This document shows, piece after piece, positions 41,994 through 55,975 of a DNA stretch of 64,000 bases. The translations under genes and the position numbers were made by a program. Source of the DNA: Octopus vulgaris. Taxonomy: Eukaryota. The stretch lies in NCBI GenBank assembly GCA_951406725.2, contig OX597823.1:84754001-84818000 (forward strand), read 5' to 3'. Under the pieces are notes generated by a model. The model was not told the DNA's origin, did not search any database, and saw nothing but the letters and a program-made list of their open reading frames with translations. The number at the start of each line of letters is the position of its first letter. The first letter of the stretch is position 1.

Positions 41994-43069
41994 ACATACA
42001 CACACACACACGCATACACACACACACATACATATATATACACATATGTGTGTGTGTCTTTGATTCCCACTATCGCACGACAATCGGTGTTGGTGGTTAT
42101 TTCGCTGTAACTTAGCGGTTCGACAAAAATAAAAAATAGAAGAAATACCAGACTTCAGAAATACAAAAAGACAGTACCGGGACCGATTCTTTCGACTAAA
42201 ATTCTTCAAGGGGGTGCTGCAGCATGGCCGCAGTCTAATGACTGAAACGAGCAAAAGATAAATGATTTGCTCTGATTACCAATAATGAGAGTGATTGCTC
42301 TGTTCTCACCTTCACAGAGGACACCACACAAAAGGAACACCATCATGCGCGCAAATCAAATATTATTATTCACATGATTGAATCAAATTGTCGCTGGTTA
42401 TATGTTTTCAACAGGACAATCATTGATTGAGAATATCTCTGAAAGCGAGAGCGACACGAAAGCGTCTGCGACTCGGGACTTCGTTCGAAGATCACCGGCG
42501 TGTGCTATATCCGTATCCGATATCCAGATTGTTGAATGAAATCAATTAATATTCTATAGAGGTTATGTATATTGTGCGTTTTGTCTGCTTCAATAAAACT
42601 ACTTTCCAATAATTATCGTATCATAGAAATAGTGAACAAAAGCATGCGGTGAATCCTTTAAATATTGCCATGAAAGGTCAATAACTTATTTAAATAGCAT
42701 AATGGCTTTGAAAGTAGGGAGTCTTCTGCCCAGTGATGTACGCACAACATTTTTCAACTATTAAAATTTCCTCTTTCTTTGCTGTTGCAGAAAGTAAACA
42801 AACTCAAAACTCAAATAGAAAAAGAACTAGCGAAAATTCTTTGAGACTCTTAAAGGTAAGGCGTGATAATTCTTATAAATGATGAATATAATGCTTTAAA
42901 AATATGTACCTTGCTGACAAGGTCTCATAAGTCGGAAACGTCTACAGCTGTAACCTGTAAAGGAGTCAATCGAGGTACGAAACGTGTTTATTTTCATTCT
43001 GTTAATGTCACTTAACAAAGGCAGTTAAATTACTGATATCAATTGCAACTATTTTCTATGAATCTATTA

Positions 43070-43463
43070 CTTTATTGCCCACAGGGGGCTAAACATAGAC
43101 GGGACAAACAAGGAAAAAGGGATTAAGTCAATCGCATCGGCCCCAGTGCGTAACTGATACTTATTTTATCGACCCCGAAAGGATGAAAGGTAAAGTCGAC
43201 CTCGGCGGAATTTGAACTGAGAATGTAACAGCGGATGAAATACCTATTTCTTTACTACCCACAAGGGGCTAAACACAGAGGGGACAAACGGATTAAGTCG
43301 ATTATATCGACCCCAGTACGTAACTGGTACTTATTTAATGGACCCCAAACGGATGAAAGGCAAAGTCGACCTCGGCGGAATTTGAACACAGAACGTAACG
43401 GCAGACGAAATACGGCTACGCATTTCGCCCGGCGTGCTACCGGTTCTGCAAGCTCGCCGCCTT
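43070..43463 (-). mobile_element. SINE family C dimer
   Basis: A headed unit joined to a headless unit at AAAGAAATAG|GTATTTC. Confidence 0.85.
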
Positions 43464-44539
43464 CATATTTTCTATGTATCATTGCATGGAAAAATAACAA
43501 TGTGACAATGATAGTGTGAGGCGTTACTATAGACACCGAACTTGTATGATAGAGGACATTTATGATTATATATATAAGGTGGAAAGCTGGCGGAATCGTT
43601 AGCACGACGGACAAAACGCATACTAGCATTTCGTCAGTTTTTAATTTCTGAGTTCAAAACACGTCGGTGGGTGGGTTCGACTTTGATAAGCCCCAGTTGA
43701 ATGCCGGTGTCGATGTAACCGAATTATTCCAATTTCCAACCCAAACACCACCAGCACAATACACACACAAACAAGAAATTGCTGGCCTTGTACCAAAATT
43801 TGAAACCATTATGACTACGTAATGCCAAAATAATGACCATTTTTAGCTAGACGTTAAAAATCACGCATGTAATCAGCATTTTAATGCTGAATAGGATATC
43901 ATTTAGATTTTTTTTTTATTTAGTATTTAGCGTTGAGAAATTTTGCGTGGGAAGGCACTGCATTCCTCATTTACTGACGAACATATATATATATATATAT
44001 ATATATATACATTGTTAACACGTTCATATATATATTTACAAGCACATGCATATACAAAATCTCACATACACAAACGTGTATTCATATACAAATTCTCGCA
44101 CATTTACACACACATGTTATAAATATATACTGGTACATGCATTTATACATTTGTCGTATACAATGTGTTTGTGGGCCTCACTGCCGAAACATCAATATCT
44201 ATGTATGTATGTATGTGCGTATGTACGTACATACGTATGTATGTATGCGTGTGTATGTATCTATTTATGTATGTATATGTGTGTATGTGCGTATGTGCGT
44301 GTATATGTATATGTGTATTTCTATGTATGCATACATATACACACAAGCGTACATATGTACTTGCACGTACATACATAGTTCTATACATAAGCACGTATAT
44401 TCGTACTATATGTAAAATGTAGTTCTGCGTGTATGCAAGTATATATGTATGTGTGTTTGTTTGTTTGTCTGTCTGTCTGTATATATGTATATATATATAT
44501 CAATATATGCATAAATATATCTATTTACACATATAAGTG

Positions 44540-44581
<42 letters not shown>

Positions 44582-44676
44582 TATATTTATATAAAATAAT
44601 ATATATGTGTGTATATATGCATGCATATATAATATTGCATATGTGTAAACGTCTGTGAAGTTACATACACATGCAC

Positions 44677-44711
<35 letters not shown>

Positions 44712-44728
44712 GTATATATATGTATATA

Positions 44729-44773
<45 letters not shown>

Positions 44774-45284
44774 GTTAGTGCACCCACGTATCCCTATCAC
44801 TACGCATGCGTAAATCTGGATATGTATTGCTATCTCTCTCTCCCTAGCTTCCTCTCTCATCTCTCTCTCTCTATATATATATATGCACACATGTACATAA
44901 ACATATATATACACACACATATATACATATATATGCATATACATACACATAGACATATATACATTTATATATATGCATATATATATATACATATATACAT
45001 ATATATATATATATAAACACATATATAAGCATGCATGTATGTATCCGCATATGTGTGCGCATGTGCATGTTTGTGTGTTTGTGTATGTGTGTGTGTGCAT
45101 CGACGCTCATGCGTGTGCGTTGATGCATTGCTGTTAACTTAGCTGCTGTCTTTTGTGAAGCCTGATTTCTGTTGCCAATGTCAAACAAAGGAATTACGAG
45201 CCAAAACATTGTAAACACGTTCATTTACATATTGCTGACCGGTGAATAGCTTCAATGGATGTCTGAATGACTTGAATGAATGAC

Positions 45285-45476
45285 TAATACTAACAACAAT
45301 AGCCTTAACAATAACAAGAACAATACAAATCCCAACAACAATAATAATGATAATAATAATAATATTAATAATGATAATACTAATAATAATAATAATGATA
45401 ATAATAATTATAATAACCATAATGATAATAATAATAATAATAACAATAATAGTATTAGTAGTAGTGGTAGTTGTAA

Positions 45477-45514
<38 letters not shown>

Positions 45515-45585
45515 GTAGTAGTAGTAGTAGTAGTGGTGGTAATAATAATAACAACGATAATAGATTCTACTAAATAAGCATAACA

Positions 45586-45652
<67 letters not shown>

Positions 45653-46460
45653 TGATGATGATGATGATGATGATAATAAAAATAATAACAACAATCAAAT
45701 AATTATAATATTTTCCATAATAAAAAGTATGGCAATAGCAATCATAATAACAATAATAATAGTAAATTATATTAATAATAAATTATAATAATAATAACAG
45801 AACACAAGCGGTGGTTTTTTTTGTGGTGGTGGTGGTGGTGTTGGTGTTGGTGGTGGCGATTATGTTGACGGAGTTGGTGTGGAAGGTGGTAATAGTGATG
45901 GTTACGATGGTCGTATGGTGGTGGTGGTGGTGGTAGTAATTTTACTGGTGAATACGTGTATTGGGGGTAAAGATTATAGTGGTGATGATGATTATGTTGT
46001 TGTTGATGATGATGATGATGAGGAGGAGGAGGAGGAGGAGAATAAGGAGGGAAATAGGGATCATGATCATGATAATGCTATTGACAATGATGATGATGAT
46101 GATGACGATGATGAGGAGGATAACGATGATCATGATCATGATGATGCTACTGATAATGATGATGATGACAACGACGATGAAAATGACGACGACGATCACG
46201 ATGATGATGATGAGAATGGAAATGATGATGGTGTCTTTTTGTTGATGTTTATGCTGATGTTGATGATGTCGATGTCTTTGATGTTGTTCTTGATGCTGCT
46301 GCTGCTGCTGCTGCTACTGTGATTTCCTTGATGATGATGATGATGATGATGATGATAATAATGATGGTGATGATGGCATTACTGATGATGATCATAATGA
46401 TGATGATTATAATCATGATGATTATAATTATGCTGATGATGATCAGGATGATTATGAAAA
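45285..46460. repeat. Trinucleotide mosaic: (AAT)n, (TAT)n, (TAG)n, (GGT)n, (GAT)n, (GAG)n, (GCT)n
   Basis: Directly visible. Confidence 0.93.
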
Positions 46461-46880
46461 CAAATATGGAGGGTCGTTAGATCAGAACGGGAGCAAATTA
46501 GTGAACGCTCTGAGAAACAGTTTTTTGAAAAGAGAAAAGATAGTAGAGTGAGGAAATAATGTCCGTGTAGGGAAAGAAAGATGGTTACGTGAGGAAAAGA
46601 AAGATGGACGATGGTCACGTGTGCGCAACGAGAGAGAGAAAGAAAGAAAGAAAGAGGGGAGAGTGAGAGAAAAAATGAAAGAGGAGAGAGAGAGAGAGAA
46701 ATTTGTGAGAGCAACTGACTTTGAAGACTCATATTGTCGTTGAATGCTCGAAATGACGATTAGATCGACAGCCGACAACTGCTGAACGGTCCTTTCTTTG
46801 TGTTTAGTTGTTTTGTTTTCCATTTTTTCTTGTTGTTTACGTATTTCCTGCTGTTTGAACCGTTGTGACATTCTATACCC

Positions 46881-46946
<66 letters not shown>

Positions 46947-47299
46947 ATGTGTGTATCTATATATACACACCGTTATTGTCAACCCATTTCATGATACCTT
47001 CTGGTGCTCATTCTACTCCTTCAGTTTGTTGAGTTTTCCGTCTCGTCGGGAACTACTTCCCTGTTGAGATTTGTTTTCAAACTACAATTCGAAGGGGTAT
47101 ACTTTCTCAAGAATTCTTTTAAGCATTTTGAAAGCCTGCTTATAAAGTGTTCAGACCGTTGTCTCCGCAAAAAAACTCACTGTAATGTTTACGAGAAATT
47201 TTGACCTTCCTTTCTAATTTGTTTACACATGTGTACGAAATCCGTAGAAGACTTAAAGGCAACGACCTTCAGAAAAAAAAACAACTATTTATAATATTA

Positions 47300-47681
47300 C
47301 TAGCTTAAAAGCCGCATTCATTGCGGACTTTTAGTCTAGTTCGTATGGAGGGATAATTGGGCCTGCGGCCCAAAACTAGACGGATCAATGAAAGTAAAGC
47401 ATTTATTGGTACCCTACCAATATGATATTACTTTAAATCCAGTTTAAATTAGAAACTTATAAATAGTTAAAATTTAAAATTTCAATTGTTAGAATACAAC
47501 AAATCCCCATCCAGACCTGATCCCAATGCTGGAGGGTAAAGAACCAAATGAAGGGCAGATTTTCAATCCTAGGTTTATCCTGATTTCAAAAAGTTATAAT
47601 ATGTCTATGCCCAGCGAATGTATATTGAGATACAGGGGTCCAGGGTGGACAACAGGATTTCGCATTTATTATTATAGAAGA
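47300..47681 (-). mobile_element. Non-autonomous Helitron (second family)
   Basis: Minus strand starts TC(TTCTATAATAATAAATGCG) and ends with the CCGCAATGAATGCGG hairpin, then CTTTTAAG and CTAG. Inserted between A and T. Confidence 0.8.
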
Positions 47682-48195
47682 TCACACAACAAAAAGAACA
47701 AAAAGAAAAGAGAGAAAAGACAACGCAAAATATAAGAAGCTAATAACATTGAAAAAGCACGAGAAAAATAATGAGTTTGTGACAGAAAACTCTGAGAAAT
47801 TTTCATCGAAACATTTACAGCGTAAAGGCAAAAAGCAATGGCGAGAACAATGTTTAATGACCATTTGACTGCAAAACAGTTTCTTCCGGCATTTCTTCCG
47901 GCATGGTAACGATTCAACCAGCTCGCCGCCGTAACGATCTTAATAATGGTTTCAAATTTTAGCACCAATCCCAGTAGCTTTTGAGGGGATGGGCCAGTAT
48001 TTATCTGGCATTTATCTTATATAAACCTGGAAAGAAATGGAAGGCTGTGTCGATCTCGGTGGCATTTAAACTCGGAAAGTAAAGACAGATGAATTACCGC
48101 TAAACATTATATTCGGCGCGCTAACGACTCTTCCAGCTGCTTTTAACGATTATTAATTATTAAACAGAAACAACCAGGCCTGACTGAAACAATTA

Positions 48196-48743
48196 TTGGG
48201 TTGCTCGGAAAGTTCGTGCCGATTTTTAAAGGAAAGAAAAAGGTCAATAAACACTTGCCATTACATTTTCAATCTACCAAATATGAACCATTCTGTTGCA
48301 CAATGCGTCTCCATCTTTCCCTTAACTTGAAAATACCCTCTTCTCAGAATTGAGGTAGTTTCATGGCCAAGAATTCATCAAAGTATCTTTTTACGTCATC
48401 CAAGGAATTTAAATTTTTACCATTAAAACTATTCTTCAGAGACCTGAATAAGTGGAAATCTGAAGGAGCAATATCTGGTGGATATAGAGGGTGAGGTTAC
48501 ACTTCCCAGCCGAGCTGCAGCAATTTTTGTCTAGTTCCCAAAGCATCAAAGGCCGAAAATGAATATTCTTATCTTCCATTTTAAAGGGTTACAAAATTAA
48601 CACAGGTTATAGGAACATAAACCTACTTCCACGAAAAGATAGCTTAAACTGTGCTCTAAATGGAGGTGTAGTCAAATCCTATTTTATGGACTCAACCATG
48701 TTCAAGCTACTATAAATCGGCACGAACTTTCCGGACAACCCAA
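48196..48743 (-). mobile_element. Internally deleted mariner element with TIRs and TA TSD
   Basis: TIRs TTGGGTTGCTCGGAAAGTTCGTGCCGATTT / AAATCGGCACGAACTTTCCGGACAACCCAA, with TA on both sides. The minus strand encodes QKLLQLGWEV*PHPLYPPDIAPSDFHLFRSL...RWRRIVQQNGSYLVD (mariner YSPDLAPSD motif). Confidence 0.92.
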
Positions 48744-49145
48744 TATATTTCGAAAATAAGCCTTAATTTATGTTATCTAAATTAAAACTGTTTTGCAATA
48801 AAATGGCCATTTAAACATTTGATGTTACTGATCATTTTGTTCCTTTTGCTTCAAAAGGTGAAACAGTACGATTTGTTTAATAGATAAACGAGAGATTATC
48901 TATCATGTTTGATCTTTATAAATTCAATCAATCTTTGTACTGAGGACATTTTGAATTAATCCTCTTTTACAAGCTGCTGATTCGTGTGTTGTCTCTCATC
49001 GGATAAATATTTATGTTGTTGTTTACATCTCAAAGACTGCGACGTTTTGGACGGTATTAGAAATATGAAATGATAAAATAATGTTCCATTCAGTGGTTTG
49101 TTCCGAGGATATTGGAGAAATAACCTTAAAAATAAGACCATATAA

Positions 49146-50128
49146 TTTTTTCTACTCTAGGCACAAGGCTCAACATGTTTTTGTGGGGGAGTCAATTAGA
49201 TCAACCTTAGTAAGCAACTGGTACTTAATTTATCGACCACATCGGCGGAATTTGAACTCAGAACGTAAAGACAGACGAAATACCTATTTCTTTACTATTC
49301 ACAACGGGCTAGACACAGAGGTGACAAACAAAGACAGACGAACGGATTAAGTCGATTACATCGACCTCAGTGCGTAACTGGTACTCATTTACTTGACCCC
49401 GAAAAGATGAAAGGCAAAGTCGACGTCGGCGAAATTTGAACTCAGAACGTAGCGGCAGACGAAATACCTATTTCTTTACTACCCACAAGGGGCTAAACAC
49501 AGAGAGGACAAACAAGACAGACAAACGGATTAAGTCGATTATATCGACCCCAGAGCGTAACTGGTACTTAATTTATCGACCCCGAAAGGATGAAAGGCAA
49601 AGTCGACCTCGGCGGAATTTGAACTCAGAACGTAACGGCAGACGAAATACGGCTACGCATTTCGCCCGGTGTGCTAACGATTCTGCCTGCTCCCCGCCTT
49701 GTTAAAGTAAAAATATTCCTTTCTTCACTAGGAACAAGGTTCGAAATTCTATACTAGGAACAATGTTCGGGGTACGGTAGATTAGATCGACCCCAGTACG
49801 TAGCTCGTACGTAATTTATCGACCCCGGAAGGATAACAGACGAAGTCAGCCTCGGCGGAATTATAACTCAGAACGTAAAGACAGAAGAAATACCCATTTC
49901 TTTACTACCCACAACGGGCTAAACACAGAGGGGACAAACAAGGACAGACAAACACATTACGTCGATTATATCGACCCCAGTGCAAAACTAGCACTTATTT
50001 AATCGACCCCGAAAGGATGAAAGGCAAAGTCAACCTCGGCGGAATTTGAACTCAGAACGTAACGGCAGACGAAATACGGCTACGCATTTCGCCCGGTGTG
50101 CTAACGTTTCTGCCAGCTCGCTGCCTTA
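49146..50128 (-). mobile_element. SINE family C trimer (49146-49700) and dimer (~49745-50128)
   Basis: Repeated ~183-bp headless units joined at AAAGAAATAG|GTATTTCG. Confidence 0.87.
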
Positions 50129-50284
50129 AAATGACAATATTATAACTAATGCATTATTATCCGCTTCTAATTTTGATATAATAATAACTTATAATGACGA
50201 ACAGACTTCAAAAGTTAATAGCAGGATGAATTTCCTAGAACGATACATGATAAATATTGATTTATGGTATTCTTTTTAATTTTT

Positions 50285-50637
50285 TTTTATTTGTTTCAGT
50301 TATTTGACTGCGGCCATGCTTGAGCACCGGCTTTAGTCGAACAAGTCAATCCCAAGACTTATTCTTTGTAAGCATAGTACTAATTCCATTGGTCTCTTTT
50401 GCGTAACCACTAAGTTACGCGGTCGTAATCACACCAGCATAGGTTGTCAAGCGAGGGTGGAGTGGGGTGCAAACACAGACACAAACACAGACATATATAT
50501 TCGACTGGATTCTTTCAGTTTCTGTCTACCGAATCGACTCACAAGGCTTTGGCCGGCCCGAGCCTATAGTAGGGGACACTTGCCCAAGCTGCCTTGCAGT
50601 GGGACTGAACCCAGAACCATATGGTTGGTAAGCCACT
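50285..50637 (-). mobile_element. SINE family B
   Basis: Collinear with 19058-19472. Confidence 0.8.
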
Positions 50638-51229
50638 CTTAATTTAAGATTGTTTCCGATTTGGTTACAAAGTCAGCAATAGGGGTGGGGTGTTTGTTGA
50701 TTTCATCGACTCCAGTTCTCGTCTGATACTTTATTTATCGACCCAGTGATGATGAAATGCGAATTTGATCTCGGTAGTAGTTGAACTAGGAACAAAGAGT
50801 AGGAAGAAATGCTGTTAAATATTTTTGTGCGACACACCAGAGATTTTATTTGTTCACCGACTTTGTTAAGTTTTAGCACAGTGCAAGAGATTTTAGGGTG
50901 GGGGTTAGTCGATTATACCCCACTCCCCGGAAGTGATGAAAGGCATAGTTAACCTCGGCGAAATTTGGACTCAGAACGTAAATGACTCTTTTTAATCCGA
51001 AGAGCAAATGATACTGCCAGCTGACCGTCTTAACACTTAATTTATTGAAGTGAGCGAAAACACACGCAACATTTGCATACGTGCTGGTTTGCGACGTTTA
51101 TATTACATGAGCGAAACAGTAGAAACCAAGGAAGGTACTGTCTGAAGTTGGTGGCATCGTGATTATGGGTTCTCGGACACATTGTGCTTTGGTTCACTCC
51201 GTTTGGATTTGAAAGCCGCACATAAGAAC

Positions 51230-51845
51230 GTGCAACGTTGTCTTATTCGATAACTTATGCTTTACTCGTTCGATCTGGGCCATAAACGCCGTGGGATGTA
51301 ACGAAAAACATTTGTCGTGCGAAAGGTGAAGGTACAGTTGATCGTACAAGAAATTTTGCTCGGCTTGCAAGAAACTCGACGATCAGGTAATGTCAGGTAG
51401 GCATAAAACCGTGGACTTTGAGGCTGTGCTCCAAGCCATAAAGGTAAATCCGGCGAGTAGCACTCGGCGAGTATCAAGTGAACTCGGTGTCTCGCAATCT
51501 GGTGTAGTTTGCTATCTTCATGACCTCAGCAAAAGCTCTTCTGCATCAAGACAGCGAAGACCTCTTACTGCTCGAACGACCCGGAATATACTTCAGGAAC
51601 TTGGGAGAATCGAACCATGTAGTTCGGACCTAGTCAACTCGAATTATTACTTGTCCTGATCCATGACTCACTTTTTGCGCTCGCGATGCTTCATCAACCG
51701 AAAAAAAGTGGAAACTTCAGTGAAAGAGATTTCATTGCTACGAAGGACAAAAACTGGTATCAGCGTAGGATCAAAGAACTGAGGACAGAAAGGCGGCTTC
51801 AGGCAGTGCAACACAACGGTCTCTACTTACTTTGAATGCCAGGCT
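51230..51845 (+). mobile_element. Decayed mariner transposase remnant
   Basis: LMLYSFDLGH..KNICRAKGEGTVDR...LDDQVMSGRHKTVDFEAVLQAIKVNPASSTRRVSSELGVSQSGV..YLHDL (HTH), followed by RPLTARTTRNILQELG..PCSSDLVNSNYYL (decayed YSPDLAPSDY motif). Confidence 0.75.
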
Positions 51846-51854
51846 GCTTTTACT

Positions 51855-52225
51855 ATTTTACTCTTTTATTTGTTTCAGTCAATTGACTGTGGCCATGCTA
51901 GAGCACCACCTTTAGTCGAACAAATCGACCCCAGGATTTATTCTTTGTAAGAATAGTACTTATTCTATCGGTCTCTTTTGCCGAACCGCTAAGTTACGGG
52001 GATGTAAAGTTACGGGGATGACAAGCACAGACACACAAACATACGCATACACACAGACAGACAGACATATATACATATATATGACAGGCTTCTTTCAGTT
52101 TCTGTCTACCAAATCCTCTCACAAGGATTTGGTCGGCCCGAGGCAATAGTAAAAGATACTTGCCCAAGGTTCCAAGCAGTAGGACTGAACCCGGAATCAT
52201 GTGGTTCGTAAGCAAGCTACTTACC
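51855..52225 (-). mobile_element. SINE family B
   Basis: Collinear with 19058-19472. Confidence 0.83.
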
Positions 52226-52952
52226 TACGCTTTTGTTGTAACTTATCGAATAAAGCAAATAAATTACCAAAATATTGCAGAACATTTGACTCAACACATC
52301 AAATAACAATAAGTGTTTTATCTTCTTGGTTTAGTTTAACGATAGAATGAATAGAACCGGAGCTCGTAGCTGCTCCTTTAGACATACGTAGTTGTGGTGC
52401 CGTTTACTGTATTCTATTCTGGTGTCACCTAATGTATTGTATATTTCTCCAATATACTGTACCATATAAAATTTCAAAGCAACAGGAAAGTGCTGAAGCA
52501 TTTTGAACGCTGCCAATGGGACCCGATTATAATTTTGACGAAAATTTTAAAAATCTGGATTCGGCATACATTAAATTGGTGATGGTAGTACTAACGAAAT
52601 TCAATCACTCATAAAATCTGATATCAATATATTTTGAATTAAACAATTCATCGATAATGGTCGGCTGGAAAATTAATATTGAAGACGAACATCTAAGTGA
52701 ATAATGGATGCAACGTGATGCAATTATCATGGGAATTAAGTAATGTTTTTGTTCAATTTTCCTAGCATTATTATTCTGAAAATAATACAAAATAGAAAAT
52801 GTTTCACTCGACCATATTGAAGTCATTGAAACCTGAATACAACAAATGAGTCATCGAAAGTGTGGTTGGTCAAAATGTACAATCCCAGATAGATACGTTT
52901 GTAAAACCATGTCCGATTTATCTATCACTTGATAATGTACCCGATGAAGAAT

Positions 52953-53422
52953 ATTGGTTTCAAATTTCGGGAGAGTGGGGACGAGTCGACTTTACCGGAC
53001 CAAAGTGATCAACTGGTGGTTATTTTGTCGACACCCTAAAGATGGAAGGCAAAGTCAACTTCGGTGGAATTTGAACTCAGAACGTAAAGGCAGACGAAAT
53101 GACCGGCTTGTTAACGATTCTGCCAGCTGGCTGCCTACAGTTGCAGTAATATTGATTTCAAATGTGGGCTCAATGCTAATAATTTTGTGGGAAGAGGAGA
53201 GAGGGTAAGTCAATTACATAGACCCAGTATTCAACTGGTACTACTTTTCTAATGTTGACACAAGGCCAGCAATATAGGGAAGAGAATTAAGACGGTTACA
53301 TGGAACCCTGTATTCAATAGGTGCTTATTTCATCGCTCCTGGTACGATGAAAGGTAAAGACGACCTCAGCGGAATTTGAACTCAGAACGTCAAGACAGCT
53401 AATCATTTTTGTCGACATGCTA
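52953..53422 (-). mobile_element. Degenerate family C SINE copies
   Basis: GGAATTTGAACTCAGAACGT and AACGATTCT.CCAGCT blocks recur. Confidence 0.65.
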
Positions 53423-54957
53423 ACGATTCTACCAGCTTGCCATAAATGTGTCATTCGACCGGATTGAAATCATTCAAACTAGAATACAATATATATACAA
53501 AATGTAACTTGCCGAAAGGGAGAATTCTTGATAGATACGATTGTAAAATTATGTCTCGTGTATCTATCTTTTGTTTATGTACCTTTATACACTTGTTAAA
53601 TAATATTATGAATAACCAAAATATATCTGGACATGTCATCGATTACGACAATCTATTTTGGGAGAGGATTTAATTTGTCATTAATTTATTCTTGAAATTT
53701 CAGTTCTGTTGCATTGTAAACGCCACCAATTACTAACCTAGCGGTGGCAATGTTCTGTAAAATTTTCACCTTTCAAGGACAAGTTGAAACAATTATAATT
53801 CGAAAATAAACCCCAATTTAAGAGAAAAAATCTAAATTTAAATTATTTTGCAGTCATACGGCCATTTAAACGTTTGACGTCATCAATTTTCCGTCTCGCT
53901 TCAAGTAATGAAGTAGAACGCTTTGTACAAATTTTCACTTAGGGAATTCAAGGAAGGACAATCAATTTTCTTTTTTATTTCAATTCTCATATCACAGTAG
54001 CGTTGGGTAGTAAAATCACCTCTAAAATACAACACAAACGGTAGCCACATACGGTGATGTCATTATTCTTAACGCCATAAGGCAGCGAGCTGGCAGATTC
54101 GCTAGCGTACCAGGTAAAATGCTCAACAGCATTTCTTCTGGTTCTACGTTTTGAGTTCAATACCACCGAGGCTGACCCTGCCTTTATCTTTCATCCTTTT
54201 GGAATCGATAAAATAAGTAGAAGTTGAATAATCCGGCTGATATAATCGACTTTTTTACCTCTTAAAACATTTCCGACCTTGTTTCAAAATGAGAAGGAAA
54301 TATTGTTACCACCATACTAAGATCAAATGGAGGACAAAGAGAGAAACAGATGCACCACAATTTTGATTAATTGGACGAGAAGTTTTTGTTTGAGGTTACA
54401 CACAAAAAATTGCTTCTGTGACCCACTTGCGAGGAAACTTGGTCCAATGGCAGGTATGGTTTAAAGAGGCACAAGCCAATGGAAACCGCAGTAGAATCAG
54501 ATTCGGTTAAAAGATATTCCGGTGCCGTTGTCGATCAGATCTCCTCATTGAGAGAATTCGATGGCTGATTGTTACGTGATGTTCATTCAACTACATTTCC
54601 TACGCGACTTGCTTTTCGGTGAGGCACAATCCTTTCTACAATTGCCATAAACGGTCCCACAAAACTGCGTAGATGTACCAGGTTGCAAAAAGTACCGATG
54701 GGATTCACTCTGTTGTGAAATAAAAGACCAAGATATTCTGATTTTAAATTCTAGGTGTTTTCCAGTTGTAAATGTTTGCTTCCATATTACATTGATTCCC
54801 TTTCAGTGTATTGAGTAGCATCTTAGGCAAGGTACTTCAACTACAGTCCCGGGCTGACTAAAGCCTTATGAGAGGATTTGGTAGACTGTAAATGCAAAAG
54901 GCCTGTCGCGTGTATAGATATTCATATACGAATATATATGTATATCTATCTATCTAC

Positions 54958-55037
<80 letters not shown>

Positions 55038-55127
55038 ATGCACACACATATACATACATACACGCACTCACACACACATATATATATACATATAAATATA
55101 TATATATATATATATATATCGATCTAC

Positions 55128-55196
<69 letters not shown>

Positions 55197-55292
55197 TTAT
55201 TTATTTATATATATATATATTTGTTGAAGGTTAATTACTGAACCCTCATTCATCGTCTTCGATGAGAGAATCCACCATATATAGATATATAG

Positions 55293-55365
<73 letters not shown>

Positions 55366-55677
55366 TATGCGGGTGTGTGTGTGTGTGAGCGTGTACCCAT
55401 GTGTGTCTATATTTATGTTGGTGTTTGTCCACCACCCCGGCTTAACAACTGGTGAAGATTTTTTTTATGTATCATTAACTTAGCGGTTTGGCAAAAGATA
55501 CCGATAGAATAAGTACCGGGCTTAGAAATATCGATCTGTTTAATTAAACCCTTCAAAACTGTGCCCCAGCCTGGCCGCATTATAATAACTAAAATCTGTA
55601 AAAGACAAAATATATGTAATAGCTAATAATTATATACAAATATTATACATAGCTTTTATTATTTCTATGTTGCTCTA

Positions 55678-55908
55678 AGGAGGTGAGCTAGCAGAGTGTT
55701 GAGCACGCCGGTCAAAGTGCTTGGCGGTATTTCGTCTACAGCTACGTTGTGAGTTCTAATTCCACAGGGGCGAAATTTGCCTTTCATCCTACGGGGTCGA
55801 TAAATTAAGTACCATTAATGTAATCGTCTAGTCCCCTCACCCAATATTTCAGGCCTTGTGCCTTAGTAGAAAGGATTATCATCATCATCATCATTATTAT
55901 TATTATTA

Positions 55909-55975
<67 letters not shown>

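Noticed and set aside
42780-42960. Possible second Penelope-like RT fragment with CTGACAA...GAAAC motif
   Set aside because: Too short and decayed to support from sequence alone.
45879-46322. Acidic D/E-rich ORF with hydrophobic ends
   Set aside because: Made of (GGT)n/(GAT)n/(GAG)n/(GCT)n tracts within a larger trinucleotide mosaic. It has a non-ATG start and no splice evidence.
52605-52800. Minus-strand acceptor-like ATTTTCTATTTTGTATTATTTTCAG followed by an open frame
   Set aside because: Such pyrimidine tracts are common in AT-rich DNA, and the peptide has no recognisable features.
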